In this document: one piece after another, positions 38,401-59,200 of the stretch
Numbering within the stretch: position 1 is the stretch's first letter
Layout of the letters: the number at the start of each line of letters is the position of its first letter
NCBI RefSeq assembly: GCF_039654945.1
Contig: NW_027361723.1
Coordinates: 3,038,001-3,102,000 of the forward strand
Reading direction: 5' to 3'
Source: Dendrobates tinctorius
Lineage: Eukaryota
Length of the DNA: 64,000 nt
The notes under the pieces: generated by a model
Seen by the model: only the letters and a program-made list of their open reading frames with translations
What the model was told of the DNA's origin: nothing
Database searches by the model: none
Position numbers and translations under genes: made by a program

Positions 38401-39271
38401 CTACAGCGGAGAAAAGCAAATCTGATGAGCTGACCGGGATGGGAAGGGTTAAAAGCTGCTCGCAACAAGAATGTGGTTTATCCTCAGTACAAGTCACCGG
38501 CAGAAGGCTGCGTGCGGTACCTGGCACCGGTGTACACAGAGGACTAGGGGGCAACCTCTACCTCTAGGAGAAAGAAGCTTTCATCTTCATCACAGATGAG
38601 ATTCTTTATGGCACCAGCAATGTGACTATGGATTCCTTACTGTACAAGCAAAGACACGATGGATTCTTCACTGTATGAACAGGAACTCTGCTGATTATTT
38701 ACTGTACAAGCAGTGAGCCTCTGGATTCTTTACTGTAAGAGCAGGGTGACTGTAGACGTTTCTGCTGTAACATGTTATAACCAGGTGATATAAAATGGTT
38801 ACACATGTACAGTCAGTGTAGACCGGTGCTGGCTGGAGCTGAATGTACGGGACTACGACCAGAAAACCAAAATGCTGAGCTCACCGACTCCGGCTGATGC
38901 CTCCACCGTCCGACAATATGTTTCTCCATTCGTGCAGTTTGCCGCAGTCTGACAATTGGAGCTGGAACTTGCTGCTGTGCAGACGTAGCATTTCAGAGAG
39001 TAAGCTGCGGGCAGAAGGGGAAACATTACAGCGGACGTACATCACCTCCCAGTGTAGGCACAGAGGAGCGGCCTCCCTAGCAGCTGCTCCCGGCATCTAC
39101 GTGGGCTCACCTATAGACATCTATACCTCTGCAAATCTAGCATGGAGGGCAGAGACAGTAACAGTGATCCACAGGCTCCACGGAGCACAGGACAACTCTG
39201 CCTACAGCTCCAATGGGAGAGTGCAGGTTATACAAGGGGCTTATGATGTTCGCTCCCCTCTCTGGGTGTAC

Positions 39272-39842
39272 CTAATCCTATCCTGTGTGATACTGACTGC
39301 TGAGCTGTGTATCTAATCCTCTCTTGTGTGATACTGTCTGCTGAGCTGTGTATCTAATCCTATCCTTTGTGATACTGACTGCTGAGCAGTGTATCTAATC
39401 CTATCCAGTGTGATACTGACTGCTGAGCAGTGTATCTAATCCTCTCTTGTGTGATACTGTCTGCTGAGCTGTGTATCTAATCCTCTCCTGTGTGATACTG
39501 ACTGCTGAGCAGTGTATCTAATCCTCTCTTGTGTGATACTGTCTGCTGAGCTGTGTATCTAATCCTCTCCTGTGTGATACTGTCTGCTGAGCCGTGTATC
39601 TAATCCTATCCTGTGTGATACTGATTGCTGAGCTGTGTATCTAATCCTACTGTGTGCTGAGCCGTGCATCTAATCCTATCCTGTGTGATACTGACTGCTG
39701 AGCTGTGTATCTAATCCTACTGTGTGCTGAGCCGTGCATCTAATCCTATCCTGTGTGATACTGACTGCTGAGCAGTGTATCTAATCCTACTGTGTGCTGA
39801 GCCGTGCATCTAATCCTATCCTGTGTGATACTGACTGCTGAG
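39272..39842. repeat. 41-bp minisatellite with 29-bp variants
   Basis: ctaatcctatcctgtgtgatactgactgctgagctgtgtat at 39272, 39313 and onward. Confidence 0.95.
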
Positions 39843-39852
39843 TAGTGTTGAG

Positions 39853-46032
<6,180 letters not shown>

Positions 46033-46559
46033 TGCGTCTCCGCTCCATCCTCACCCCCCAAAGGCTCTTATCAGAGCCGCCCACATCTACTTAGAAAAAG
46101 CTATGATCTCCGCTGTGTGATGTGGCCAGGGAGGGAGATTGCGGGTATTTTGCTGTGTTTTCAGCGGTTAAAACAGTTGGGTTACCTGGATATACAGCGC
46201 TATATGGGTCAGGAATTACTGTATGGATGAAATATCGAGCTTTATAGAGGTTACATCACAGTATATACATTCACCACACTCTGAGGGTACACACACCTTA
46301 CCCCTCTCCCTATATTAACGTTGGTTATATTATAGACGCCGCATGTTTTACAATGGATGAGAATAGAGAAACGTGAGATTTCAGTTATCGCTCAGCAATC
46401 GTGATATCAGAAACCGCAGCCACCATCTATTCTGAGAGAGTGCGATCCGTATATGGAGAACACGCACATAAACCGGACAGTTCAGGACTCGGCTCGTTTT
46501 TGGAAAGATTTGGTGGCTCTGAAAAGAGCCTTTGTGTTGTGGTTGGAGCCCGGGAAGAT

Positions 46560-46973
<414 letters not shown>

Positions 46974-47368
46974 TCAATTTAGAGGTGAACAGATGTGATG
47001 AGCTGAGCGGCGGGAGAAGGGTATTTATGCTCCAGGGCGCGTCCTCATTGGTCTATAGGAAACACGCCCCCTGCACGCCACTGGTTGTGGCATAAATAAA
47101 AGAAGCCAATAAGGACTTGATGTGTGTAACCAATCATTGTGAAGAGTAACTCCGCCTCTCGATCAGTAACCCCGCCCCCTGTTGTCCCCGCCTCCTCCAC
47201 GAGGCGGTTCACATCATCCCTTACACACGGAATATGGAGCAGACGCCACTGACGTAAATGCACGGCCGTATCCGTGTACACAGCGCTGTACAGTGCAGAG
47301 CTCGTATTAGCAACAGATCACAACTATCCATCCTGACACTGCGCCCAGCATCAATTATATAATGTACT

Positions 47369-48211
47369 GGCACTGATCGTACAGCTCTGCAGGGAGGAGG
47401 TGGTGGATCTCATCGTACAGCTCTGCAGGGAGGAGGTGGTGGCACTGATCATACAGCTCTGCTGAGGACAAGGTGGTGGCACTGATCATACAGCTCTGCA
47501 GGGAGGTGGTGGCACTGATAACACAGCTCTGTAGGGAGGAGGTGGCACTGATCATACAGCTCTGCAGGGAGGAGGTGGTGGCACTGATCATACAGCTCTG
47601 CTGAGGACAAGGTGGTGGCACTGATCATACAGCTCTGCAGGGAGGTGGTGGCACTGATAACACAGCTCTGTAGGGAGGAGGTGGCACTGATCATACAGCT
47701 CTGCAGGGAGGTGGTGGCACTGATCACACAGCTCTGCAGGGAGGTGGTGGCACTGATGATACAGCTCTGCAGGGAGGAGGTGATGGCACTGATGATACAG
47801 CTCTGCAGGGAGGTGGTGGCACTGATCACACAGCTCTGCAGGGAGGTGGTGGCACTGATCACACAGCTCTGCAGGGAGGTGGTGGCACTGATCATACAGC
47901 TCTGCGGGGAGGAGGCGGTGGCACTGATCATACAGCTCGGCAGGGAGGAGGTGGTGGCACTGATCATACAGCTCTGCAGGGAGATGGTGGCACTGATGAT
48001 ACAGCTCTGCAGGGAGGTGGTGGCACTGATCACACAGCTCTGCAGGGAGGTGGTGGCACTGATCACACAGCTCTGCAGGGAGGTGGTGGCACTGATCATA
48101 CAGCTCTGCGGGGAGAAGGCGGTGGCACTGATCATACAGCTCGGCAGGGAGGAGGTGGTGGCACTGATCACACAGCTCTGCAGGGAGGAGGTGGTGGCTC
48201 TGATAAGAGCC
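47369..48211 (-). repeat. H1 stem-loop (48196-48211) followed by an expanded array of ~24 33-37 bp HDE-containing units
   Basis: On the minus strand the unit is gccaccacctcc(tcc)ctgCAGAGCTGT(a/g)tgatcagt. Confidence 0.95.
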
Positions 48212-48240
48212 TTTGTGGGATGAGGACAGGGCGGCTCCGC

Positions 48241-48879
48241 TTATTTTTTGGCCGCGGGCTTCTTGGCTTTAGCCGCCTTCTTAGCCGGACTCCTGGCAGC
48301 TTTGGGTTTGGCCGCCTTCTTAGCGGGGCTCTTTGTCACCTTCTTGGGCTTAGCCTTCGGCTTTTTGGGGCTCTTAACTGCTTTTTTGGCCGCTGCGGGC
48401 TTCTTGGCCTTTTTCGGGCTCTTCTTGGCCGCGGTCGGAGCCTTCTTGGGCTTCTTCGGGGATTTTGCAGCTTTCTTGGCTGCTGGTTTCTTGGCTTTGG
48501 CCGCAGGCGCCTGCTTCTTCTTGTCCTTGGTCTCCTGCTTCTTGTTCAGCTTGAATGACCCGGAGGCGCCGCTGCCCTTCACCTGGAGCAGGGCGCCCTT
48601 GGTGACCAGACCCCTGACGGCCAGCTTCAGGCGGCTGTTATTCCTCTCCACATCGTACCCTCCAGCAGCCAGAGCCTTCTTCAGGGCAGCCAGAGACACC
48701 CCGCTGCGCTCCTTGGAAGCAGACACGGCTTTGACGATCAGCTCGGACACGCTGGGGCCAGAGGGCTTTTTGCTCTTCTTGGCGACCCCTGCGGAGGATT
48801 TTTTCGGCTGCTTCTTGGATTTGGTGGCCGGTTCGGCAGGAGGAGGAGGAGCGGCGGCTGGCGCGGTCTCTGCCATCAT
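48241..48879 (-). CDS. H1: linker histone H1, second variant
   Basis: ATGs at 48879/48876. Same globular domain as 6889-7512. The tail has an extra APTAAKK and lacks AP; G>V near the N-terminus. Confidence 0.97.
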   Translation of the reverse strand: MMAETAPAAAPPPPAEPATKSKKQPKKSSAGVAKKSKKPSGPSVSELIVKAVSASKERSGVSLAALKKALAAGGYDVERNNSRLKLAVRGLVTKGALLQVKGSGASGSFKLNKKQETKDKKKQAPAAKAKKPAAKKAAKSPKKPKKAPTAAKKSPKKAKKPAAAKKAVKSPKKPKAKPKKVTKSPAKKAAKPKAARSPAKKAAKAKKPAAKK

Positions 48880-49436
48880 ATAATCAACAACAAACACAAA
48901 GTGCTGAAAGAAAAATTACTAAGGACGGAGCGGGAGCCGCCTCAAATATGTACAGTCACACTGCGCACTGATTGGCTGCCCCTCCTGAGCTTCTATTGGC
49001 TGACACTGGTCACAGGCCCCGCCCCTCCTGTCTGAGACGGGTGAAGCTCCGCTCTCCCCTTGTGCTTCCTTGCCCGGGATAAGCGACCATTACCGGTCAG
49101 GACCGGGCAGCAGAGCCGCTGTGTCAGTGTCCTCCTCCTCACTGACATCTCCCCCACATGTCTATAGCCGTCACTGGCGGAGGAGGCAGTAAGGAGCCGG
49201 GAAGAGCCCCGGAATCTCCCCATAGTCCTCCTGGCCGCACATCATTCTGTATCGGGGAAGATGAATCTGCTGCGGGAGCTCGCTCCTTCTGTTCCCGGCA
49301 CCTGTCACTATCACAGGGATCTGTACCACAATCTGTACCGTGCAGGAAGCTGATTGGACGATGGGAGAACGACCTGGAGCTGCTGAGAGGTCGGAAGGAG
49401 ACACAGACGGCGGCTCCGCTCCCTGCAGCTTCTGGC

Positions 49437-49470
<34 letters not shown>

Positions 49471-51656
49471 AGTGTGTGGGCTTGTGGATCAGGAGCGCGG
49501 AGTCCAGAATATCTGATGTGTGGAATATACAGCGCTATATGGAGGGTACACGTCCCTCTATGGGGGAGTACAGCCGTCAATGAGGGTGTACCCTAATATA
49601 AGGGGAGTATACAGCACTATATTCTAGACTACGATACTATATGGAGGGTTGTCAGCACTATATGGCGGTATACAATACTACTTGAAGGTTATACAGCACA
49701 ATATGTCGGTACATAACAGTATTTGGCAGCTTACAGCACTACATGGGGGTATACAGCGATATATGATGGGATAAAGAACAATATGGAGGGCCCACAGCAC
49801 TTTCTGGAGAGTATTTAGCTATATATGGGGGCATACAGCGATATATGTAGGTATCAGCACTACCTTATCCTCAGTTACTATATGGAGGGTATCCAGCACT
49901 ATATGCGGGTGTTCTGTAGATGACACAGGTTTATAGAGGAGAAATGCAGCACTAGATGGGGAGTATACAGCACATGTAGCCTTTGTAGTGCTGTATACCA
50001 CCTAGTAGGGAGGATGGTGGATGTACAGCACCGTACTGGGGGTGTATATTTTTGCAATCCTAGTGCCCGCAGTTCCAGGGCTGATCAGTGTCAACTCCGC
50101 TTCCAGCAGTGATCGGAGCGGACGCCACACGGAGACCCGGTAACCTTATACAAGGGCGGCTCCGTGTGGGCTCCGCATCCAGCACAGATCGGATGATACA
50201 ATCCGCACATGTTCTACCAGGAGGAGCCCGATGTGCTGAACCCGGGGAAATGACGAGCAGCAGATACAGGAGCAATAAGGGGTTAAACGGAGGAGGAAGC
50301 ACGTCTATCGGTGATTGGTCGATTCCTGTGGGCGGGGCTTTAGATCCGTTTGATAATTTGAATCTCCCGCTCAGTCGTGTTCTCGGCGCTCGATCATTAA
50401 CCCTTCAGTGACTGTGCTCTGCTTGTGGAAGAGACACCATTTCCCGATCACTGTCAGGAGTGAGCGGCCATTATTCCTGTGGACCTTGCGGTAAAGTGAG
50501 ACTGTATTAACCCTCTCACTCCCCAGACCGGTGCCGGCTGCTCATTATCTCACCAATCACAGTTATGGATATTTTATGTAGGCATCTTGTATGCGAGACG
50601 TCTCCTCCTCTGGAGGATGGAGCTCCCACACTCCGCAATACACCGGCTCCGGACCCGCGTCATCTCCAGTCCTCTCTCCGGTCCGCCGGGCTCGGATGAC
50701 GGCGCTGTACACTCCGGGGGCGGATTTCCCCTCTGTTCTCTCTTCAGGCTCCGGTTAATGATAAATAAGAAAAGACACAAGCAGCCTCCCCGGTCATGAG
50801 GGGAACGAGCCGCTAATGTCCGGCTGAATCCATCAGCCCCGGCACAGGAGAGCGCTGCCGGCTGGAGCCGCACAGTCCTCGGTATTAGGAGCAGTCAGGA
50901 AGTCACGGTCAGTGTCCACATGTAGATGGTAAATGAGGAGGGAGACAGTGATGAGATGCAGGCGCTGGACACCGGGAAGCCGCCACTAATAAGGGGGCGC
51001 AGAGTCACCGGTACAGGATGTGACCGCTCCGCACTGGATTTACACCGATCCTGAGAAATAGGATCTGACCCAACTCCCTCACCTCAATCATCCGATACCA
51101 GGAATTGTCGCTTCTCCAGGACACATGTGGGCGGCTCTGAGAAGAGCCTGGGGGGTGAGGATGGAGCGGAGAAGCATTAACACCCCCATATAGTGCAGTA
51201 TTCATCTAAATAGCGCTGTGAAGCTCGATATACTGCTGTGTACAGGGCTGCAAACCTCCTGTAATGCAGAACCCCCACACACAGCTGTAAACCTTCCATA
51301 TAGAACTAGATTAAAAAAAAGGCTGTTTGCGGCCATTTAATGCTCAATACCCGCTATATAGCTACGACTCCCATTAATACACTGCAGTGTACCCTCAGAG
51401 TGCAGTAAATGTCTATACTGTGATGTAGCCTCTATAAAGCGCTCTAGATATTTCATCCATACAGTAATTCATGACCCATATAGCGCTGTATATCCAGGTA
51501 ACCATCTGTTTTAACCGCTGATGTCACATAACACCGCAAAATACACGCAATCTCCCTCCCTGGCCACATCACACAGCGGAGATCATAGCTTTTTCTTAGT
51601 AGATGTGGGCGGCTCTGATAAGAGCCTTTGGGGGGTGAGGATGGAGCGGAGACGCA

Positions 51657-51992
<336 letters not shown>

Positions 51993-53341
51993 CTATGACT
52001 GATGAGCGCAGAGTCCTTCCTTTATATAGAAGAATGCAGACCGGAGCGAGGACTGGCGAGATGACGTGTTCCGGGGCGGGATTTCAAGTATGGAATTCGC
52101 AGTTAGCTCCTCCCCTTCTCCTCTGATTGGCTGCGCACAGGACAGTTGGCGATTTTGAATTCCCCGCTCTTATTTTGTAGTTTTTCCCGCTTCTGTATTT
52201 GTGTAACATAAGAGTCAATAAAACTCCTCATCTCGGCGCCGCTGCTGCTCGGAGACACAAAATTATTTGTTTCTCCATTAATGTCAATGTGAGATTCAGG
52301 CTGGAAATTAATCAATCTCTGGGAGATCATCATCGATCAGACGCCTCCACCGGTCTGGAGAGGAAAGGGTGGGTGACGTCAGAGGAAAATCAGCTGCTGC
52401 CCGGTAAGTTACCTGGTTGTCTCCACACACGGATCTGTGATGACCTTTCCTATAGAGAAATCATGCGGACAACCTCTAATGACCGCAGAGAAACGGAGCA
52501 AAACTCCGCCGTCAGGAACCAACCAAACCGCAAAAACGACTTCCACCTCTATTTAACGCTCACATGCGATCACCACATCCAGCTGATCACAGACTCCTGT
52601 ATAAAGGGGACTAAATCTCAGAAGAGACAGAACAATGTCGGACTACAGACCTCTGACCGTACAGGAACGAAGAGACCTCATGGATTGGTCTTCCTCTGAC
52701 AATGGAGGCATCAGGACCCCGGAGCAGACCTCAGTCACAGGGCAGTGAAGCCCCCGCCCTCCTCCTGGACGAGCTGCTGCAGGGTTTATGGCCACAGCTG
52801 CTCCTCTCCTCACAGTTCTGCTTCTCATCACTCGTCTTCTCGGCTGGATGATTTCTGTGTTGTGGATAAATAGGAGACTCCTCAGATCGTTACCCGCAGC
52901 CTGATGAACAGACCTGAGGAGTCTCCACAGCTGCAATCCACCAGCTCTTCACTCCGCCATTAAGGTCTCAACCTCTGAGGACATAAACTGTAACACTTCA
53001 TCCAGCTGTAACTCCAGGGTAAAGTCTCCATGTGGCGACAAGTCTCTGGAGCTGCGGATACTATGGCTGTGGATGGGAGGAAGTGTGGAGCATGCGGGGC
53101 TGTCAGTACATTCCTCTCACTACCACCCTCATCATCCTCACCTCCAGCCCTGCGCTTCATAACTGCAGATGTAAGTGGTGTCTGTCTCCCGCCCCAGTGC
53201 GCAGGAGCTGCCGGTCAGGAGAAACCGCTACAGATGTGAGATCAAGACAAGGACCTAAAAAAAAGCAGCGGAGGAGCAGCTCTAATGGTGAGGGGGTGGG
53301 CGGCTCTTAGAAGAGCCTTTGGGGTGATGGCGGAGCNNNNN

Positions 53342-53818
<477 letters not shown>

Positions 53819-53976
53819 TCAGACTGCGGTCTATTGGGAGACAAAGTCATGTGACCAACGGAACCGTGAGTCGCTCCGCCCACTGCAGCTCATTGGTGGC
53901 TCCACAAGTCTGATTTACATTGGTAGCTTGTGATCCATCCAATGACAGGAGAGGAGGGCGGGGCAGATGATTATAA

Positions 53977-54453
<477 letters not shown>

Positions 54454-55762
54454 GCGCTGCCGCCGATCCCACCTACACAACCAAAGGCTCTTCTAAGAGC
54501 CACCCACCCCGTCACCACCAGAGCTGACGCCGCTGATCTCGGGTCCTCACATTCCAGACACCACGGGCTGCCGCCACCAGTCTGTAGGTTGCTGCGCACA
54601 CTGGAATCCGTTGTGCGGTTTCTACCCAAAACACTGGAGTGTCGGGAGATGAATGGGATAATATCATATGAAGCCTCAGACCTGTGGGGGGAGAGGAGTC
54701 CCTCATTAGTGTCTGATCCTCCGGCCCCTGACATCGCTGTGGAGATAACACGCAGTGATCACGTATCGGGGGGGGAGTTGGCGGCCGCTGCCGGCGATTC
54801 TACACATCAGTGACTGCGGCTCCTCCCGGAGGACGATCCCGTGATGGCGGCTCTGGAGGGCTGGACTCAGCGCGGTTCTCGGGTGACCGGATTGTGATCT
54901 CCACTGTCAGCCGTGACCGGTAATAATCCTCCGCGGAACAAGAGCGGGAACTTCAAATCCCCCAACGGATCCTGTGATCAGACAATGAGCGGGAATCCTC
55001 GGTAAAGCGCCGTCCTCACTGACGTACATAGACGTCTTTCCTCCTCCGTTTAACTCCTTACTTGCCGTGTTGCTGTTCTCCCCTTATTTAGCAGTGTCCA
55101 CAGATGCGGCACCTTCTCCCCAGCCCCCTCCAGCGCTCACATCGGGCTCCTCCAGAGCATCTGCTGCTTGCAGCCCCCTGTAATCACTGCAGACACAACT
55201 GGGAGTCCTGATAATACTTACTAAAAGGGTTAACCCCACAATAGTGTAGTGTAATCAGCCGCAGGCTTCACTGAACAAATACTAAGTAACGCAGAAAAAT
55301 AAGAATTAATAAAGCCAATAAACCACGAATCCTCCTGCTTTTCTTTCATTGCTAAAATATCACAGATCAAAGCATCATACCTAGTGAGGAGCGAGCAGTA
55401 AAGAGCTCGGGTGCTCGTTCGGGTTGAGCAAATTTGAATACTCAGGTACTTGGACAGAACAACGAGCCCAATGTAAGTGCATGGGAGACCCCAGCATTTC
55501 TACATGGATCCCCCCCGAGGGTCCTTTTCAGGTCTAAAAACATCTGAAAATGATGGAAACACTGCTGCAATGACAGGGGACATCATGGGGATCACCCCTG
55601 GAAGCATTCCTGACTCCTAGGTCACGGCTTTATCATTGTAGCATTTACCAACCCTAGGTGGCCATGTGGTGTGTGACACATAAGCAGACACATCTTGTTT
55701 CATTTATGAGGAGGGACTCTGAAAGACAAGTGTAAAGATCGATGTTTCAAATATATCCCTAC

Positions 55763-58337
55763 TAGTGTTGAGCATTCCGATACTGCAAATATCTGGTATC
55801 GGCCGATATTCGCTATATCGGAATTCCGATACCGAGTACCGATATTTTTTCAATATCGGAATCGGAAGTTCCCATAATGCAAAGAGCCACTGCTGTGGCT
55901 CTGATTGGCTGCCGAAATGATGTCATCATGATGCGCCGTCAGTTCGAGCCTTCCGGGGGAGGGGGGGTCTTTGCAGACTGCCCGGGGTTCTGTGCGGACT
56001 GCCGGGGTCCGTACCGGCCTCCCGGTGGTCTGTGCCGACTGCCCTGGGGGCTGTGCCGGCCTGCCGGTGGTCTGGCCGACTGCCCGGGGGTCTGTGCGGA
56101 CTGCCGTGGGTCTGTACCGGGCTGCCGGGGGGCTGTGCCGACTGTCCGGGGGTCTGTGCAGGCTGCGGGGGTCTGTGCAGGATCGTCCGATGGGACTACA
56201 AGTCTCATCGGGCGATGCCTGCTACCATGACGGTGATTGACACATTAACCAATGATGGGACAGTAGTAGTCCCATCATCCGGCCTATGTGTTGAATGTAA
56301 AAAAAAAAAAACATACTACATACATGCAACATGCATACTACATATATACCACATATACCGGGTGTTAGGGTCGGCGGAACGCACCAGATATAAATAATGG
56401 AAGGCGCGTTCGCCGCCCGGGGTCCACCGTGCGGTAGATGACAAGACCGCTGCTGGACAATGGCAGATACGCTAGAAGTGCGAAACAGCGCTCGGGTTAA
56501 CGTCACCCGAGAGCGGACTCTGTTTAGTCACAGAGACGCCAAAGTATGAACTAGACGTAAAGGCTGAACCTGTTAGCTGCACAGGTCAGCCGGCGTGTGG
56601 CGTCGCAGCTGCGAACACCAAAAGCTGCTACTACTGCAGCGCGGCCGTAACTGAAGCCGCTAAGCGACGATGCCGGAGGAGCCGGGCACCGACGGACGCT
56701 AGTGTAGGTGAGGAAGGCTCAGTGGCGTGTAGCCTGCCACAATCTGGAGCTGACTAACCCAACATACTGTCACCATTCGTAATATCCGAGGGAAGGGGTT
56801 TCATAATAAGTCAGACACCAGTCCATGCATCCATCACCATACACACACAGAATAATATGCTACACTAGCGCATGGCCGAGCCGCCATGCAGGCTTTTTAT
56901 AGCCATGCGCTTCCGGGACCTTCCAGTACTATAGGAAGGACCAATCAGATCCGACATAGGACCTTCACATGTGACCCCTGCTCTCCACTGAGAGGACAAG
57001 TTGCGGGCATGCCCAGTCGCACGGCGCGAGGACTTAGCCTCTAGAGCAGTTCCCTGCAAAGCAGGTTGCGTTATCATTGCTGCACCAGAGGTGGCAGCAA
57101 CATCCAGGCTCACAGAACGAGTCTGCGGGGAATGCCTGGTTCGCCGAGATTGCTGAGCAGGAGTCCGAGCGGTCGGAGGAGAATGGGAGACCGCAGGATG
57201 TCTGGCTCTGGATTCCTGCTGTGCAGTGCCAGGAATCCGACGCCTAACACCGGGGGTCTGTGCTGGCCTGCCGGTGGTCTGTACCGGCCTACCGGGGGGC
57301 TGTGTCGACCGTCCGGGGGTCTGTGCAGGCTGCAGGGGTCTGTGCAGGCTGCGGGGGTCTGTGCAGGATCGCCCGATGGGACTACAAGTCCCATGGGGCG
57401 ATGCCTGCTACCATGACGGTGATTGACACATTAGCCAATGATGGGACAGTAGTAGTCCCATCATACGACCTATGTGTTGAATGTAAAAAAAAAAAATACA
57501 TACATACTGCATATATACCACATGCATACTACACATATACCGGGAGTCTGTACAGACTGTCTGGGGGTCTGTGCAGGTTGCGGGGGTCTGTGCAGGATCA
57601 TCCGATGGGACTACAAGTCCCGTCGGGCGATGCCTGCTACCATGACGGTGATTGACACATTAGCCAATGAGGGGAGAGTAGTAGTCCCATCATCCGGCCT
57701 ATGTGTTGAATGTAAAAAAAAATGCATAATACATACTACAAATATACCAGCCCCCCGGCAGAATGCTCAGACCCCCGGACAGTCGGTACAGACCGCCGGC
57801 ACAGTGGTATATATGTTGCATCCATGTAGTATGTATGTTGCATATATGTAGTATGTATTTTTTTTTTTTTTTTACATTCAACACATAAGCCAGATGATGG
57901 GACTACTACTGTCCCATCATTGGCTAATGTGTCAATCACCGTCATGGTAGCAGGCATCGCCCGATGGGACTTGTAGTCCCATCAGACGATCCTGCACAGA
58001 CCCCCGGACAGTTGGCACAGACCACTGGCAGGCCGGCACAGCCCCCCGCAGCCTGCACAGACACCCGGACAGTCGGTACAGACCACCGGCAGTCCGCACA
58101 GACCCCCAGGTAGTCGGCACAGACCCCTGGAAGATCCGTACACCCCCCCCCCCCCCCCCCCCCCCGAGAGGCTGTACAAGGAGAGAAAAGGGTTTCTCTT
58201 ATTCCGATACCGGAAGTCCCATAGACTTGAATGGGACTTCCGGTATCGGAATCGGCGATACCCGATACTTTTTTCGTATCGCGCCGATACCATCCGATCC
58301 GATATTTTAGGGTATCGGATAGTATCGCTCAACACTA
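55763..58337. mobile_element. complete hAT 'A' non-autonomous element containing a solo LTR
   Basis: TIRs TAGTGTTGAGC / GCTCAACACTA; 8-bp TSD ATCCCTAC at 55755-55762 and 58338-58345. Internal direct and inverted modules. Confidence 0.95.
56363..57249 (-). mobile_element. solo LTR (887 bp), Gypsy/BEL-type
   Basis: TGTTAGG...CCTAACA termini with a 5-bp TSD CCGGG at 56358-56362 and 57250-57254. TATAAAAA on the minus strand (~56895) suggests the orientation. Confidence 0.88.
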
Positions 58338-59167
58338 ATCCCTACTTAAAAGTGTGTGTATTTTACATGTGCGGCAGGTTGGGCTAGTAGAGTAAACCAG
58401 ATTTATTTGTACTGATTTTACTCTGGGGGGCGCCATTTTGTAGTTCGCCTCAGGCAGCAGAGAGACTAGGTTGACCCCTGGGGCAAGAGTAACATAGTGT
58501 TACATAAAAAAGACAAATGTAATAACAAAAGTCAAAATCAATGTGTAGAACTTTTATTTTTAAAATTTTATGTTTGATTTTAACACAAAGCAGAAATTAG
58601 AAGGCAAAGGAGGCTTTCATCAATGTTTTCCTAAAATACAGTACATTGGATTGGGGATAAGAGGCTGAACACTGGACTAGAGGAAGGGGCTCAGGGAGCT
58701 CTAATTGTCCATGGGGGCACACAATCCCTGCTTTGCCCCAAGGTACTTGATGCCCATAATTTAGGTTACTTTATGGTTTCTACATGGAAGTCAATTAGGT
58801 TTATAATACACCTGACAGAGAACCTGGAGAACAATCCTAACCGCATCCTGCCCGCAAAGCTGAGGGTTTACCACAGTGGTATCCTCCGTGGGGTAAACAC
58901 ATGACGACATATCTCTGCTCAGAATATTGTGTTACACTCTATCAGTCTGTTTCCCACAGAGGATTGTCTGGATACGATTGCAGCAATCCCTCAGCTGTGA
59001 AAAGTATAAAGCTAATCAAGACTTTTACTCTGCAGATGTGAACAAGATTCTTTTCATTCATTGAAAGAGGAAGCAGAGCTTTCAGAAATGGGAAGAAAAA
59101 TGAAATCTAGGTCCATGAAGTTCCGATCTCTTTATTTCTGAGTTGTGCTGGTGTCTCACGTCTGCGG

Positions 59168-59200
59168 TTACAGGACTGAGCTCTTCAGGATTGTCAGGAG
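59168..59200 (-). pseudogene. 3' end of the same Ly6/uPAR exon (LLTILKSSVL*), followed by its 3' UTR
   Basis: Minus strand ctc ctg aca atc ctg aag agc tca gtc ctg TAA continues 38230-38223 in frame through the shared GTCAGGAG. AATAAA on the minus strand at 59131-59136 and 58553-58558. Confidence 0.8.

Noticed and set aside
38132-38554. 140-aa ORF as a complete Ly6 protein
   Set aside because: Only 38400-38223 is exon. The upstream part is intron and the downstream part reads into the transposon TIR; no signal-peptide or first-finger exons were found.
47449-48223. 240-aa and 203-aa repetitive ORFs
   Set aside because: Translations of the 33/36-bp HDE array, whose unit lengths are multiples of 3; no promoter or protein homology.
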